NCBI GenBank assembly: GCA_033763455.1
Contig: JANRKO010000016.1
Span: 1 to 64,000 of the forward strand
Direction of reading: 5' to 3'
DNA: 64,000 bases
Origin: Polyangiaceae bacterium
GTDB taxonomy: Bacteria > Myxococcota_A > Polyangia > Polyangiales > Polyangiaceae
Shown: positions 1 to 9,117 of the stretch, in pieces
Position numbering within the stretch: position 1 is the first letter of the stretch
Layout: every line of letters begins with the position of its first letter
Made by a program: the position numbers and the translations under genes
Notes under the pieces: generated by a model
What the model saw: the letters and a program-made list of their open reading frames with translations, nothing else
Told to the model about the DNA's origin: nothing
Databases searched by the model: none

Positions 1-128
1 AATATGGTTTTACGCCTAACCCCGACGAACGCATTTCTTCCAAAATCCGCTGCCGCTCCTCATTCGTGTATTCTTTTCGCATCCGTCACGGTTGCCACAT
101 CGACCTGGCCTTCCGAAAGGTGGGCTAC
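1..128 (-). mobile_element. Left end of an insertion sequence running off the window (IS66 TnpA-like or IS3-like HTH orfA)
   Basis: A minus-strand ORF from ATG at 82 reads MRKEYTNEERQRILEEMRSSGLGVKPY..., typical of the N-terminus of IS orfA/TnpA HTH proteins. The putative terminal repeat starts (T)GTAGCCCACC at 129/128. Only 27 codons are visible. Confidence 0.5.
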
Positions 129-498
129 ATGCATCGGATACTTTCCTTCGCATTTAGTGCCCCTGATTCAATGGCTTCGCGTCGGGTGCCGCCTTCGCGC
201 TCTTTCCGCCAGGAATGCCACCTTCGCTCGATTCGTTGGTCATGTTAGCTTGCTGCTGTGTATTCTTCGAAAGAGCGCTGCAGCTGCTGGTCGCTGCCTT
301 CCAAGACTGACGGGCGCTGTTTTCCGGCTTGGACATGGCCGCCCTCGCGGGTTTTCCTCGTGTATGGTGCTCACCGGCTTTTGCACTGCGTCGGATGCCG
401 AGTTCGCGGTTTGGTACACCGCAACGCCTTCCTCGCTGATGTTTCCAAGCGGGGCACCGCTCTGATAGGCCTCGTTCTCCTTTCCTTCGCGCGGCGCT

Positions 499-582
499 GC
501 CCAACATGCGCTTGCAGCTGACGAGTGCCGTCGCTCGCTCCGCTCACTCTGGCCCTCGCACCTGAAGCGTTGTACGTTGGGC
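499..582 (+). other. Complete integron attC recombination site
   Basis: R'' GCCCAAC (499-505) and R' GTTGGGC (576-582) are perfectly complementary. Inner boxes TTGCAGCTGACGAG and CTCGCACCTGAA pair with extrahelical bases. Length is 84 bp, and it is followed by a cassette-like ORF. Confidence 0.85.
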
Positions 583-611
583 GGACCGGAGCCAGTTGCT
601 AGGACCAGCCT

Positions 612-842
612 ATGAAAGAAGAATCGAACGCGCAGTTGAAGAGCGTCACGCCGATCGTCAAGGTGACGAAGATCGCCGACGGGATGAGCTTCTTCATGGA
701 CGTGCTCGGCTTCCAGAAGGACTGGCAGTGCGGCACGTTCGGGTGCGTTAAGGCTTTCGTGCAGGAACGCAAGAAGCCTCTCGAAACCGTCCTTCGCCGT
801 GTCGTACGTGAGGAACTTCGCAGAGCTCAAGGTGCGCGCTAA
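612..842 (+). pseudogene. Chimeric ORF: VOC/glyoxalase N-terminus fused to a BrnA/CopG-like antitoxin C-terminus
   Basis: The N-part VTPIVKVTKIADGMSFFMDVLGFQKDW is VOC-like. The C-part FVQERKKPLETVLRRVVREELRR is typical of BrnA-type antitoxin tails. The ORF is too short for either protein. Confidence 0.55.
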
Positions 843-851
843 CCAGGGGCC

Positions 852-879
852 GCCCAACAAAGCGTTGCAGCTGACGAGT
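852..879 (+). other. Left half of an attC site (right half deleted)
   Basis: GCCCAACAAAGCGTTGCAGCTGACGAGT is near-identical to the left arm of the attC at 499 (GCCCAACATGCGCTTGCAGCTGACGAGT). It lies just after the stop codon at 842. No R' box follows. Confidence 0.75.
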
Positions 880-894
880 CGCGAAGGAGCAATC

Positions 895-1287
895 GTGTTG
901 GAACGCGCCGAAGTGGGGCCAGAAGGGACGCCCGCTGACGAGGACGTTCCTGTGAATGTCACGGTCGATGCGCAGGGATTCGCTGCTGCGGACCAGAGTT
1001 GGATCGTCGCGTCGGATTGGGCGACATTCTTGGCTGAGTTTGAGGCGTTGACTGAGCGACGCCAAGGGAAGGCCGCCCTGGTTGGAGCTTCGCCCGAAGA
1101 CCTGCGCGTCGAGTTCTTCTCGACGGATCGTGCCGGCCATATGGCTGTTCAGGGACACGTGAAGCGATCCGGTCCCCGAGGATTCAACCTCGAACTTCGG
1201 TTCGGTTTCGCTTTCGAACCAGACGAGTTGCCCCGCGTCTTGGCCGAGCTAAGGAGTTTCACGGTGGCGACAGGCGGAGAAAGATAA
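895..1287 (+). CDS. Hypothetical cassette protein (possibly WapI-like immunity fold); start uncertain
   Basis: Open frame with AAGGAG upstream of GTG 895. Acidic, beta-rich sequence ending FGFAFEPDELPRVLAEL. Confidence 0.55.
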   Translation: MLERAEVGPEGTPADEDVPVNVTVDAQGFAAADQSWIVASDWATFLAEFEALTERRQGKAALVGASPEDLRVEFFSTDRAGHMAVQGHVKRSGPRGFNLELRFGFAFEPDELPRVLAELRSFTVATGGER

Positions 1288-1298
1288 GCCCGATCTCC

Positions 1299-1317
1299 AC
1301 ACCGTTCACAACGGTGT
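1299..1317. promoter_or_regulatory. Palindromic operator of the TA operon
   Basis: Perfect inverted repeat ACACCGTT-CAC-AACGGTGT, 12 bp upstream of the antitoxin ATG. Confidence 0.6.
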
Positions 1318-1329
1318 TAATAACTGCCT

Positions 1330-1560
1330 ATGAGCAAGCGACTCCAGGCCGTCGGCAACAGTTCCGGTATTATCATCGACAAGCCTATCCTCGAGCTTCT
1401 CCGAATCACGCCCGAGACCGAGCTCGACATCTCGACCGATGGAGAGCGTCTCTTCGTCACGCCAGTTCGGCCAGATTCCTCTCGAAAGAGTAGGCTTGCA
1501 CGCGCTCAGGCGCGGACGTTGAACTCTCACGAGAGAACTTTCCGGAAACTCGCTAAGTGA
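1330..1560 (+). CDS. AbrB/MazE/SpoVT-family antitoxin
   Basis: KRLQAVGNSSGIIIDKPILELL swapped-hairpin motif. Its stop overlaps the doc start (GTGA). Confidence 0.85.
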   Translation: MSKRLQAVGNSSGIIIDKPILELLRITPETELDISTDGERLFVTPVRPDSSRKSRLARAQARTLNSHERTFRKLAK

Positions 1561-1847
1561 ACTCCGCGGGCGAATCGCTCTTTTTATCCGTCAACGAAGT
1601 CCTGGACCTTCACGCTGATCAGCTACGCTTCGTCGGCGGGTCTGACGGAATTCGGGACGAAGGCGCTCTCGAGTCCGTCGTGACTACACCCGCGGCAACC
1701 TTCGGCGGAGCATTCTTGCATGAAGACATATTTCACAGGGCCGCTGCGTACGCCTTCCACATTGCCGAGAACCAACCGGTTCTCGACGGAAACAAACGGA
1801 CCGCCCTCAACGCAGCACTTCACGACAATTACCGCTTCGTAGAGTAG
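1557..1847 (+). pseudogene. doc: Doc/Fic-family toxin, C-terminally truncated, motif His replaced by Gln
   Basis: GGSDGIRDEGALES ... AENQPVLDGNKRTA matches the Doc motif HPFxDGNKR. The frame ends about 14 aa after the motif. Confidence 0.7.
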
Positions 1848-1915
1848 CCCGGGTAATGGCGAGCTGCCGACCGTTCTAAACCGAGACCGCTCTTTCAGAT
1901 CGGCGTCGAACACGC

Positions 1916-2098
1916 TTGACCGCCAGCCTGGCTGAAATGATGCCACTCTCGACCCTTGCCCTACGAGATAAGTGTATCAATACGAGCTTGGTGACCCTCG
2001 CAGATATCACTGGTTACGCCGAGTTCTCCGTTGACCGCAATTGTTGGGGGACCTACTATGCAACTGTTCGAATTCTAGCCCGCAAGGACCACATGTAA
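1916..2098 (+). pseudogene. C-terminal gene fragment, probably of a SAM methyltransferase
   Basis: Ends CWGTYYATVRILARK, resembling class I methyltransferase C-termini. No N-terminal domain. Confidence 0.3.
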
Positions 2099-2172
2099 CG
2101 GGTCCCCCTCCGAAAACGCTCCGCTTTACAGTCTACTTACCCAAGCGCAGTACCTCGAAAGGCTGATCACCG

Positions 2173-2577
2173 ATGCCGCATCAGAATGAAACCTGTGGAC
2201 AGGAGTTGGCCGCGAGTGCGGCCGTTCCCGAGCAGTTTGCCGCTTTGTTCATGCATGTAGCAGCTAACCTTCGCGACCATGCAACCTGGGTCGGCACCGA
2301 CTGTGTGGACGCCCAACGTGAACACGACGCTGTGGTGGATGTCGCCATTGGTTACGAGCGCATGAGCATAGACGCCCAGCGCACGGCAGCCTTGATGCGG
2401 ACGCTACAAAATCTCCCGGCGCTCCCCCATGATCCCCAAAAAATGGACCGAAAGAAGTTCCTGGTGTGGATGGAAACAAAGATTGCCCTTCAGCGGGACT
2501 TAGCGCGCATGTTGATCGAGCACGCAGAACAGTCACAGCGCGTTGTCGAGCAGATGACCGATCAGGGATCAAAGTGA
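2173..2577 (+). CDS. Hypothetical helical protein
   Basis: 134-aa ORF with plausible composition, in cassette orientation. Confidence 0.6.
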   Translation: MPHQNETCGQELAASAAVPEQFAALFMHVAANLRDHATWVGTDCVDAQREHDAVVDVAIGYERMSIDAQRTAALMRTLQNLPALPHDPQKMDRKKFLVWMETKIALQRDLARMLIEHAEQSQRVVEQMTDQGSK

Positions 2578-2579
2578 GA

Positions 2580-2590
2580 GTTAGCCGGAC
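2580..2590 (+). other. Possible attC R' remnant
   Basis: GTTAGCCGGAC lies right after the stop at 2577. It mirrors GTTGGGCGGAC at the end of the attC at 576 and is followed by an ATG. Confidence 0.35.
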
Positions 2591-2830
2591 GCATGCCGCG
2601 CTTGCCGATTGAACCTATCATCTTGACTGTCGTGCTTTGCAGCCAGAGGTAGCAAAGCGGTTATTTGGTTTTGTTGCTGACTACACGAGCGTGTGCCAAA
2701 CCACATCCCATCGCTCGCGATGCCGTGCGGGGTCCAGCTGCCTCTCGCCTGTGTCGACGACAACGCTTCTGAATATTGTGGTTGTTGAGTACCCATAAGC
2801 GCCGCGCTCACCTATGTTCATAGCATCCAT

Positions 2831-3304
2831 ATGGCAATGTCCGAGTACTACACCAAGCTCCGTGAGCGCATCGGGTCAGATCTACTCTTGATTCCTGGTG
2901 TTGCGGCCCTTGTGCGCGACCAATACGGTCGCATCCTCGTGCAAGAGAAGCATGACGGCTCCTTCAGCCTTCCCGCGGGCGCCATCGAGCCCGGCGAAAC
3001 TACGTCTTACGCCGTTATCCGCGAGGTGCTAGAAGAGACGGGCCTTCACGTCAAACCTGTCCGTATTGCGGGAGTTCTCGGTGGCTTCCCATGCCGCGTT
3101 CGCTACGACAACGGGCACCAGGTTGAGTACGTCGTAATAGTCTTCGACTGTGACGTTATCTCCGGCGAATTACGCGAAATCTCTGACGAAACGCGTTCTC
3201 TGCAATTTCTTCATCCAGACGAAGCTCATGCTCGCCTCGCGTTTCCCATTCCAAAAGAAGTGTTCGACAGCCACCTAGCGGCAGCCTACTTCCCTCAACC
3301 GTGA
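2831..3304 (+). CDS. NUDIX hydrolase (MutT-like)
   Basis: Nudix box GAIEPGETTSYAVIREVLEETG. Confidence 0.9.
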   Translation: MAMSEYYTKLRERIGSDLLLIPGVAALVRDQYGRILVQEKHDGSFSLPAGAIEPGETTSYAVIREVLEETGLHVKPVRIAGVLGGFPCRVRYDNGHQVEYVVIVFDCDVISGELREISDETRSLQFLHPDEAHARLAFPIPKEVFDSHLAAAYFPQP

Positions 3305-3355
3305 GCTCACTCCGCCGCGAAGAGCTTAGACAGTTCGGATCAAGCGAGCGCCCCT

Positions 3356-3389
3356 CTAGCCCTCGCAGCTGAGCGCCAGTACCTTCGGC
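3356..3389 (+). other. Degenerate right half of an attC site
   Basis: CTAGCCCTCGCAGCTGAGCGCCAGTACCTTCGGC aligns with CTGGCCCTCGCACCTGAAGCGTTGTACGTTGGGC of the attC at 499. The core GTT is mutated to CTT. The next ATG follows 4 bp later. Confidence 0.65.
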
Positions 3390-3393
3390 GCAT

Positions 3394-4182
3394 ATGGCTG
3401 ATAACTCCGTTCCTTGGTACAGCGAAGAAGCAGGATTTTTCGGAGACGAGTACCTAAAACAATACGGTTCGCTTCCTTCGACTCTGACCAACAGTGAAGT
3501 CGAATTTGTGGTGCGTGAGCTCGGCCTGCGTCTAGGCGCGACGGTGCTCGACCTGGCGTGTGGGCACGGACGCCACGCCATTCAACTCGCAGCCCGTGGC
3601 TACCGTGTTACTGGCCTGGACAACAACAGTGCTTTTCTGAGAGAAGCACAACGCCGCGCGGATGGAGCGAATGTCGGCGTACAATGGCTTCAAAGGGACA
3701 TGCGGGACATTCCTTACTCGGAGGAGTTCGATGCTGTAGCCTGCATGTTTTCGTCGTTCGGCTACCTCGAAACTGACGAAGAGAATGAGAAAGTCCTGCT
3801 CGCCGCTGCTCGAGCGCTCAAGCCCGGAGGTCGCCTCCTCCTGGATGTTAGGAATCGCGATCGAATTATCAGGAACTATCGCGAGAAGTGGTGGGATGAG
3901 TTTCGAGATGGAACTGTTGTGCTTTGCACCACGCAATTCGACACAGCCACCGGCAGAAGTAACGAAACCTACAGAAGGCTGAGGTGCGACGGGAGCAGCG
4001 ACTTAACCCGGGCTTCCGTTCGGCTCTACACAGCACCCGAGTTGATCGGAATGTTGCGAAGATGCGGGCTGCAAGATGTACGGGTCTTTGGCGATTGCGA
4101 CTCCTCAGACTTCACCTTCTCGTCGAATCGCTGTCTCGTCGTTGCGGAGAAGCCCACCCGGGCGCCGGGGGCTCAATCGTGA
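3394..4182 (+). CDS. Class I SAM-dependent methyltransferase
   Basis: Motifs VLDLACGHGRH, DMRDI, FDAV and LKPGGRLLLD. Confidence 0.9.
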   Translation: MADNSVPWYSEEAGFFGDEYLKQYGSLPSTLTNSEVEFVVRELGLRLGATVLDLACGHGRHAIQLAARGYRVTGLDNNSAFLREAQRRADGANVGVQWLQRDMRDIPYSEEFDAVACMFSSFGYLETDEENEKVLLAAARALKPGGRLLLDVRNRDRIIRNYREKWWDEFRDGTVVLCTTQFDTATGRSNETYRRLRCDGSSDLTRASVRLYTAPELIGMLRRCGLQDVRVFGDCDSSDFTFSSNRCLVVAEKPTRAPGAQS

Positions 4183-4219
4183 TGCGAAGGTCGCACAGGC
4201 CGGACCCAAGGAGATTTTG

Positions 4220-4953
4220 ATGACCCTTTCCGACGAATACGAACGGCAGTTTGCGTGGCGACCTTGGTCCACCGTGATGGGGCTGCTGCCTCCACTTACC
4301 GGGGCGACAGTGCTGGATCTCGGATGCGCCATTGGAGACCAAGCTGCTCAGCTCGTCCAACGGTGATCGGCATCGACGCGAACGAGGAGCTGCTCGCTCG
4401 GGCCCGAGCTCGAGACATTCCGAATGCTGAATTTCGATGCGGAAACCTGAAGACGCTGGAGCACGTCGGCAAAGTCGACGGCATTTGGTGCAGTTTCGCG
4501 CCCGCGTACATTCCGGAGCTTGCACCGACGTTGGCAGCTTGGAAGCGACGCCTGAACCCGGGCGGGTGGGTAGCGCTGATAGAGACCGACAACCTATTCG
4601 GACACGAGCCTCTCAGCGCCACAACGAGTTCTCTGTTGGATGCCTATGCGCAGGCGGCACTTCAAGCCGGTTGGTACGACTTTCATATGGGTAGCAAATT
4701 GCTAAGCCATCTTGAGCGGGCAGGCTACACAATCTCAGATTCGAGAACACTCTCCGATCGGGAGCTTTCGTTCGATGGACCCGCTGAAGCTGAAGTATTG
4801 GAGGCCTGGAAGGCGCGCCTTGAGCGGATGAACGCTCTCAAAACCTTCTGTGGCACCATGTTCGAGCAAGTTCGAACCGATCTTCTGGCAGCACTATCCC
4901 GCGAGGACCATCGCTCCCTGGCGAAAGTTTACTCTTGCATTGCCACGTCGTAG
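4220..4953 (+). pseudogene. Frameshifted class I SAM-dependent methyltransferase
   Basis: MTLSDEY...VLDLGCAIGDQAAQLVQR (frame of ORF 4076) continues as VIGIDANEELL...LNPGGWVALIE in another frame. The shift is near 4362. Confidence 0.8.
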
Positions 4954-5037
4954 CGCCAGACCCAATTTGTCCTGTCGCGCCGAATCGACGCCCGCGCGAA
5001 ACATCCCTCAGTATAATCCGGTCAATGGAGCCCCGTT

Positions 5038-5874
5038 TTGAGCACTGAATTTCGCATTGAACGGCTGAGTGAAGCTGATGTGGGTGCGAATGTCGCGCTC
5101 GCACAGTCAGTCGGTTGGCTCGATACCGAAAGCGACTGGCGTGTCTTGCACGGAGCGGCGCTCGTTCTGGGTGTTCGCCAGAATGGGCGGCTCATCGGGC
5201 AAGGCGCCCTCGGCTTGTACGGAAACGCTGGCACCGTCGCGAAAATGATCGTCGCACCTGATTTTCAACGACAGCGTCTCGGCTCGTCCATTCTCAATGC
5301 CCTGCTGCTGGAAGCGGAGCAGCGCTCCATTGCCGTGCTTGGCCTCGTCGCAACTCCGCTCGGGCGTCCGCTTTACGAGCACACTGGGTTCACTGCCGCC
5401 GGAGAAGTAGCCGTCCTGACGGGAACGCCAACGCCGATGAATTCTACGAGCCATGCAGCCCCCCTAGCCAATTCAGGCCTCGCCGTGTGTGTCGACGAAC
5501 GCTGGCTCTCCTGCGCAAGAGCGCCAATGCTCCACGCACGCTTCCGGGAAAACATTGCAACGGCCTCTTGTTCGGATCCAGACGGGAACATTCAGGGCTA
5601 CGCGATGGCAACGGAGCAGGGCCCGCAAGCTGTTGTTGGCCCAGTGATGGCTGGTTCCGAAGCTGACGCTCGCCTCCTTGCTTCCTCGATCTTCCGTGCG
5701 GTAAACAGGCCTATTCGTATCGACGTACCCGTTCAGCAGCGAGATTTTCGCAAATGGCTACAGGGTATCGGCTTGCACGAGCAGGGCATCCGGGTGGAAA
5801 TGGCGCGTGGTGCCTCGCAGCTGCCCTGGCAAGTGCCACAAAGATACGCACTGGCAACTCAGGCGTGGGGGTAG
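5038..5874 (+). CDS. GNAT N-acetyltransferase (two-domain, YitH-like)
   Basis: MIVAPDFQRQRLGS acetyl-CoA motif, ATPLGRPLYEHTGF, and a C-terminal VVGPVMA domain. Confidence 0.85.
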   Translation: MSTEFRIERLSEADVGANVALAQSVGWLDTESDWRVLHGAALVLGVRQNGRLIGQGALGLYGNAGTVAKMIVAPDFQRQRLGSSILNALLLEAEQRSIAVLGLVATPLGRPLYEHTGFTAAGEVAVLTGTPTPMNSTSHAAPLANSGLAVCVDERWLSCARAPMLHARFRENIATASCSDPDGNIQGYAMATEQGPQAVVGPVMAGSEADARLLASSIFRAVNRPIRIDVPVQQRDFRKWLQGIGLHEQGIRVEMARGASQLPWQVPQRYALATQAWG

Positions 5875-5881
5875 CGTAGGT

Positions 5882-6463
5882 ATGATAGCGAAGAGGCACG
5901 CGTGGATAGCGACGCCCGTCGCCCTCGGGCTCGTCACGCTATGGGCTGACCCTTGCTCGGCCCAATCGATGGCAGAGCCAGTAAGAACAACTGAGTCATC
6001 CCAAAGAGCACACATGCTCGGCGCGCGTTTTGAGGTGGGCAGCACATTCAGCTACGGTCTATTCTACAGCTACGACATGGAGTGGTCGCATTCAACGGAC
6101 GGCGCTGGAGCCTCAGTTTATGGAGGGATCGGTGCAGCCGTTACTCTTACAACTGAGCAACATTCTGGTATTGATGGCGTCGTGGTTGGTCCGCTTCTCC
6201 GTGGCGGCGTCGCTGGGGATGCGGGTTTACCTCTTGAATTTGAGTTCCATCCGGGCGTTGCCATCGATGGTGGCTCCGTCTGCAGCTCTCTTGCTGCCGG
6301 GGCGTTCGCCGGCTACCGATACTTCGGAATCGGCTATCTGTTTGGTTTCGCGCCGTTTCCCTCCTGTCGGCCAGCGTGGCTGGCCAATCACCGTTTTGCG
6401 CTGCGCGCTGCCGTGCCCGTTCACTCCTCAGAAACGCGGACGATCAGCACTGTTACGCCGTAG
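5882..6463 (+). CDS. Hypothetical secreted or outer-membrane beta-rich protein
   Basis: Signal-like N-terminus from ATG 5882; Gly/aromatic alternating strands. Confidence 0.55.
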   Translation: MIAKRHAWIATPVALGLVTLWADPCSAQSMAEPVRTTESSQRAHMLGARFEVGSTFSYGLFYSYDMEWSHSTDGAGASVYGGIGAAVTLTTEQHSGIDGVVVGPLLRGGVAGDAGLPLEFEFHPGVAIDGGSVCSSLAAGAFAGYRYFGIGYLFGFAPFPSCRPAWLANHRFALRAAVPVHSSETRTISTVTP

Positions 6464-6590
6464 CGGACACCACACACAAAAGCTATAAGCCCTCCTCTGG
6501 CAAACACGGCTAACCAATATCGTCGGTTCGTTCGCAGGTTACCTTGTGACTTATCTAGAATTTTAGAGTGAAAGGCAGAGTTAACTCTTG

Positions 6591-6944
6591 ATGGCAAGTA
6601 AGCGGATGGGAACTTGTCTACTTTCGTTCTTGCTGACTACAAGCGTCGAAGGTTGCGGCTTCAAGCGCCAAGGCGACGGGAAGTTCGGCGACCAGCATTT
6701 CAAAACTGCGATTGCGCTCGTTGAGCTCTACAAGATCCGCCATGGATCGTACCCGGAAACACTGACTGCAATGGATTTCGTTGGGGAGTGGGACAAGATC
6801 GCGCTGAACTCAGTGAACTACAGGAAGCTGCCCGATGGCTACGAGTTGAACGTGACGCGAGGATGGATTGGTACGCCAACGCTCGCCTATCCATCAGAGT
6901 TCTGGCGGGGGCTGGGCCTCAAGAAATCAAACGCGAAGCCATAG
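6591..6944 (+). CDS. Hypothetical lipoprotein with pseudopilin (GspG C-terminal)-like segment
   Basis: Lipobox-like VEGC; AIALVELYKIRHGSYPETL. Confidence 0.6.
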   Translation: MASKRMGTCLLSFLLTTSVEGCGFKRQGDGKFGDQHFKTAIALVELYKIRHGSYPETLTAMDFVGEWDKIALNSVNYRKLPDGYELNVTRGWIGTPTLAYPSEFWRGLGLKKSNAKP

Positions 6945-6996
6945 CTAGTTTGCGTGCGTCCTAACCTCCGTCGCCGTCCAACTAGGCTAGACCCAC

Positions 6997-7282
6997 ATGT
7001 TAGAAGCTCAAACAGCTTCCCTAGAAGTCGCGACTCCAGCTGACGCCGTGTTGATGTCGAATCTGCTTGAGCTGCGCGCCTATGAGCTCAGCGACGTGTT
7101 CACCCATATCGAACTCGGACCGGAGGGTCGCTTTGGTTAACTCGGCTGCGGAAGGTTCCGACGTGCTCGATGTCGCCGAGTTCTTCGTGCTGCGCCGATA
7201 TCAGCGAACAGGTGTGGGTCGCCAGGCAGCCCGGCTTCTCTGGGACCGTATCCGAGCTTGCGGTTATGGGTATCGCTCATGA
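6997..7282 (+). pseudogene. GNAT acetyltransferase remnant (internal deletion or frameshift)
   Basis: MLEAQTASLEVATPADAVLMSNLLEL...GPEGRFG* is followed in another frame by DVAEFFVLRRYQRTGVGRQAARLLW. Confidence 0.7.
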
Positions 7283-7348
7283 AGGTTGTACACGAGTGCA
7301 AGGCCTGGTTGTTGCGAGCAGCTCTTGGGCGTGCACACGCCTCGCCCG

Positions 7349-7825
7349 CTACGGAGCGTAGTCGTCCAAGGATTTCGGGAGGCGCTTGAGAGCGGCTAGC
7401 CTGGGCTCGGAGTGCGCTTTCTGAAGCTCAGCGACGGAGGTGTTCAGCGCCTGGCGCTCATCCGTTTTGAACAACGTAGCCGGCGGTTGAAGGAGCGGGG
7501 CTGGGGTGCGAACTAGCGGCGTTAAGGTTCGCGTCCCTATGGGTGACGGCTGGGCTGTGGGGTCGGCCGCCACTGCTACGGCTGCGGTGACCACTGGAGT
7601 CGTCTTTAGAGCAATTTTGCTCAACAACTCTACCTTGCTATTCACTTGCTCAAGATTTTTTGAGACCTGATCGTAATTCTGCACAAGGTTCTGGTAGCCA
7701 AGCGCCGCCTTCTTGTAATCCGTGTCCGCGTTGACCTTAGCGATGTACATGCTCGTGAGACCTGTGACGATCGCCGGAACGACGACCTTCCAAAGACTCA
7801 GCGTTTCCGCCTTCTCGTTAGCCAT
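7349..7825 (-). CDS. Hypothetical protein: N-terminal TM, coiled coil, Pro/Thr-rich linker
   Basis: GAGG RBS before ATG 7825; 158 aa. Confidence 0.6.
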   Translation of the reverse strand: MANEKAETLSLWKVVVPAIVTGLTSMYIAKVNADTDYKKAALGYQNLVQNYDQVSKNLEQVNSKVELLSKIALKTTPVVTAAVAVAADPTAQPSPIGTRTLTPLVRTPAPLLQPPATLFKTDERQALNTSVAELQKAHSEPRLAALKRLPKSLDDYAP

Positions 7826-8104
7826 ACTGATCCTCGTTAATGCTTCGTTGCGAAGGCTTCTGGAATAGAAGGCTTCACAGAATCTGGTCATCCATATCCG
7901 ACGCGGCCGAGCGGTCAATAGCAAGATACGCGAACTAAGCCTTAACTAAGCCTCGCTAGCACGAGCATCGCACAGGCACTTCAGGACGGCCGGCTGGCGT
8001 GGAGGTCGGCGCCGTACCGGCGCGGTGCTAGTGTATACCTATGCCGACAACGCCTGATTGGTTGAGCAGTAGCAAGAGGCCGTTGGTTCCATCCTAGGCT
8101 TAGG

Positions 8105-8686
8105 ATGATAGGCAAGATCCGCAGCGACTTTGAGAGTAACCTTCTGGCTATCGTAGCGGCCACGCCGTGGCTGCTCGAAGTTCTCGCGGCTGTACGGGCC
8201 GTGGGCTTGCCGAATTGCTACGTGGCGGCCGGCGCTATCCGGAACACGGTATGGAACGCTCTGCATGGCTCACCGAGCGAAGCATCGTTCGGCGATATCG
8301 ACGTTGTCTACTTCGATCCTGCCGACGCTCCGAACACCGCGCAACACCAGCTCTCTGCCAAGTTCCCTCAATATACGTGGGATGTCGCCAATCAAGCCAC
8401 GATTCACCAATGGCAGAGCGCTGACGCGGGCCGCCCCATCTCCGCCTACACTTCTATCGAGTCTGCGCTTGCAAGCTGGCCTGAGACGGCAACCGCTATA
8501 GCCGTGCGCATGGACGGCAACGGCAATATTGAATTTATCGCGCCTTTCGGCCTCAGTGATCTGTTCGAGCTGAAAGTGCGCCCCAATCCCCATGCGAGCA
8601 ATCCAGCAGCTTTTCAGGCTCGTCAGCTTGCGAAGGGCTGGCAGAAGCGTTGGCCGCGGCTCAGAGTCGTGCACGGCTTCGGGTAG
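8105..8686 (+). CDS. Nucleotidyltransferase family protein (DUF925-like)
   Basis: Motifs AAGAIRNTVW, DIDVVYFD, WPETATA and APFGLSDLF. Confidence 0.85.
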   Translation: MIGKIRSDFESNLLAIVAATPWLLEVLAAVRAVGLPNCYVAAGAIRNTVWNALHGSPSEASFGDIDVVYFDPADAPNTAQHQLSAKFPQYTWDVANQATIHQWQSADAGRPISAYTSIESALASWPETATAIAVRMDGNGNIEFIAPFGLSDLFELKVRPNPHASNPAAFQARQLAKGWQKRWPRLRVVHGFG

Positions 8687-8764
8687 GCGTTGTGGCAACC
8701 CGCCGCGCAGGCTAACGCTGGACCGAAGTATACGATGTAGCCGCGCCTCGGCCTGGCCCTCCCG

Positions 8765-9059
8765 TTGCTCGCCTGCCTCGCTTGCGACCCCGGGTTCTCC
8801 TTTCAGCGCTCGGTGAAAAGCAATTCGGCGATTCCGGTCGAAGGAGCCGTGGCCACCGTGCGGCGTGGTTCCAGTTTTTGTGCAGGCTACTACCGGAGTA
8901 GATGGAAGGTTCCAAGCCAACGCGACCGGCTGGTGCCCAAGTACTTGCAGCGTGGAAATTCAGTTGCCTAATGCGGCGGCGCTCGCTTATTCCGCTCCGG
9001 TCATGCGGCACTGCACGGCTAGCCCTTCCACCTTCCAAGCAGCGCGTGCGTCAGTGTAG
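8765..9059 (+). pseudogene. Degenerate lipoprotein gene (frameshifted)
   Basis: LACLACDPG lipobox-like start continues in another frame as QATTGVDGRF...CSVEIQ. Confidence 0.35.
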
Positions 9060-9117
9060 CCGCCGACGCTACCCTGCCCCTGCGAGACTCCGAATAGGGC
9101 CCTCGCCCGCTTTGCCC

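Noticed and set aside
4..962. ORFs 4..465, 154..507 and 240..962 as real genes
   Set aside because: They run across the IS end or the attC sites and have no recognisable motifs. 130-498 looks like a degenerate membrane-protein cassette that I could not reconstruct.
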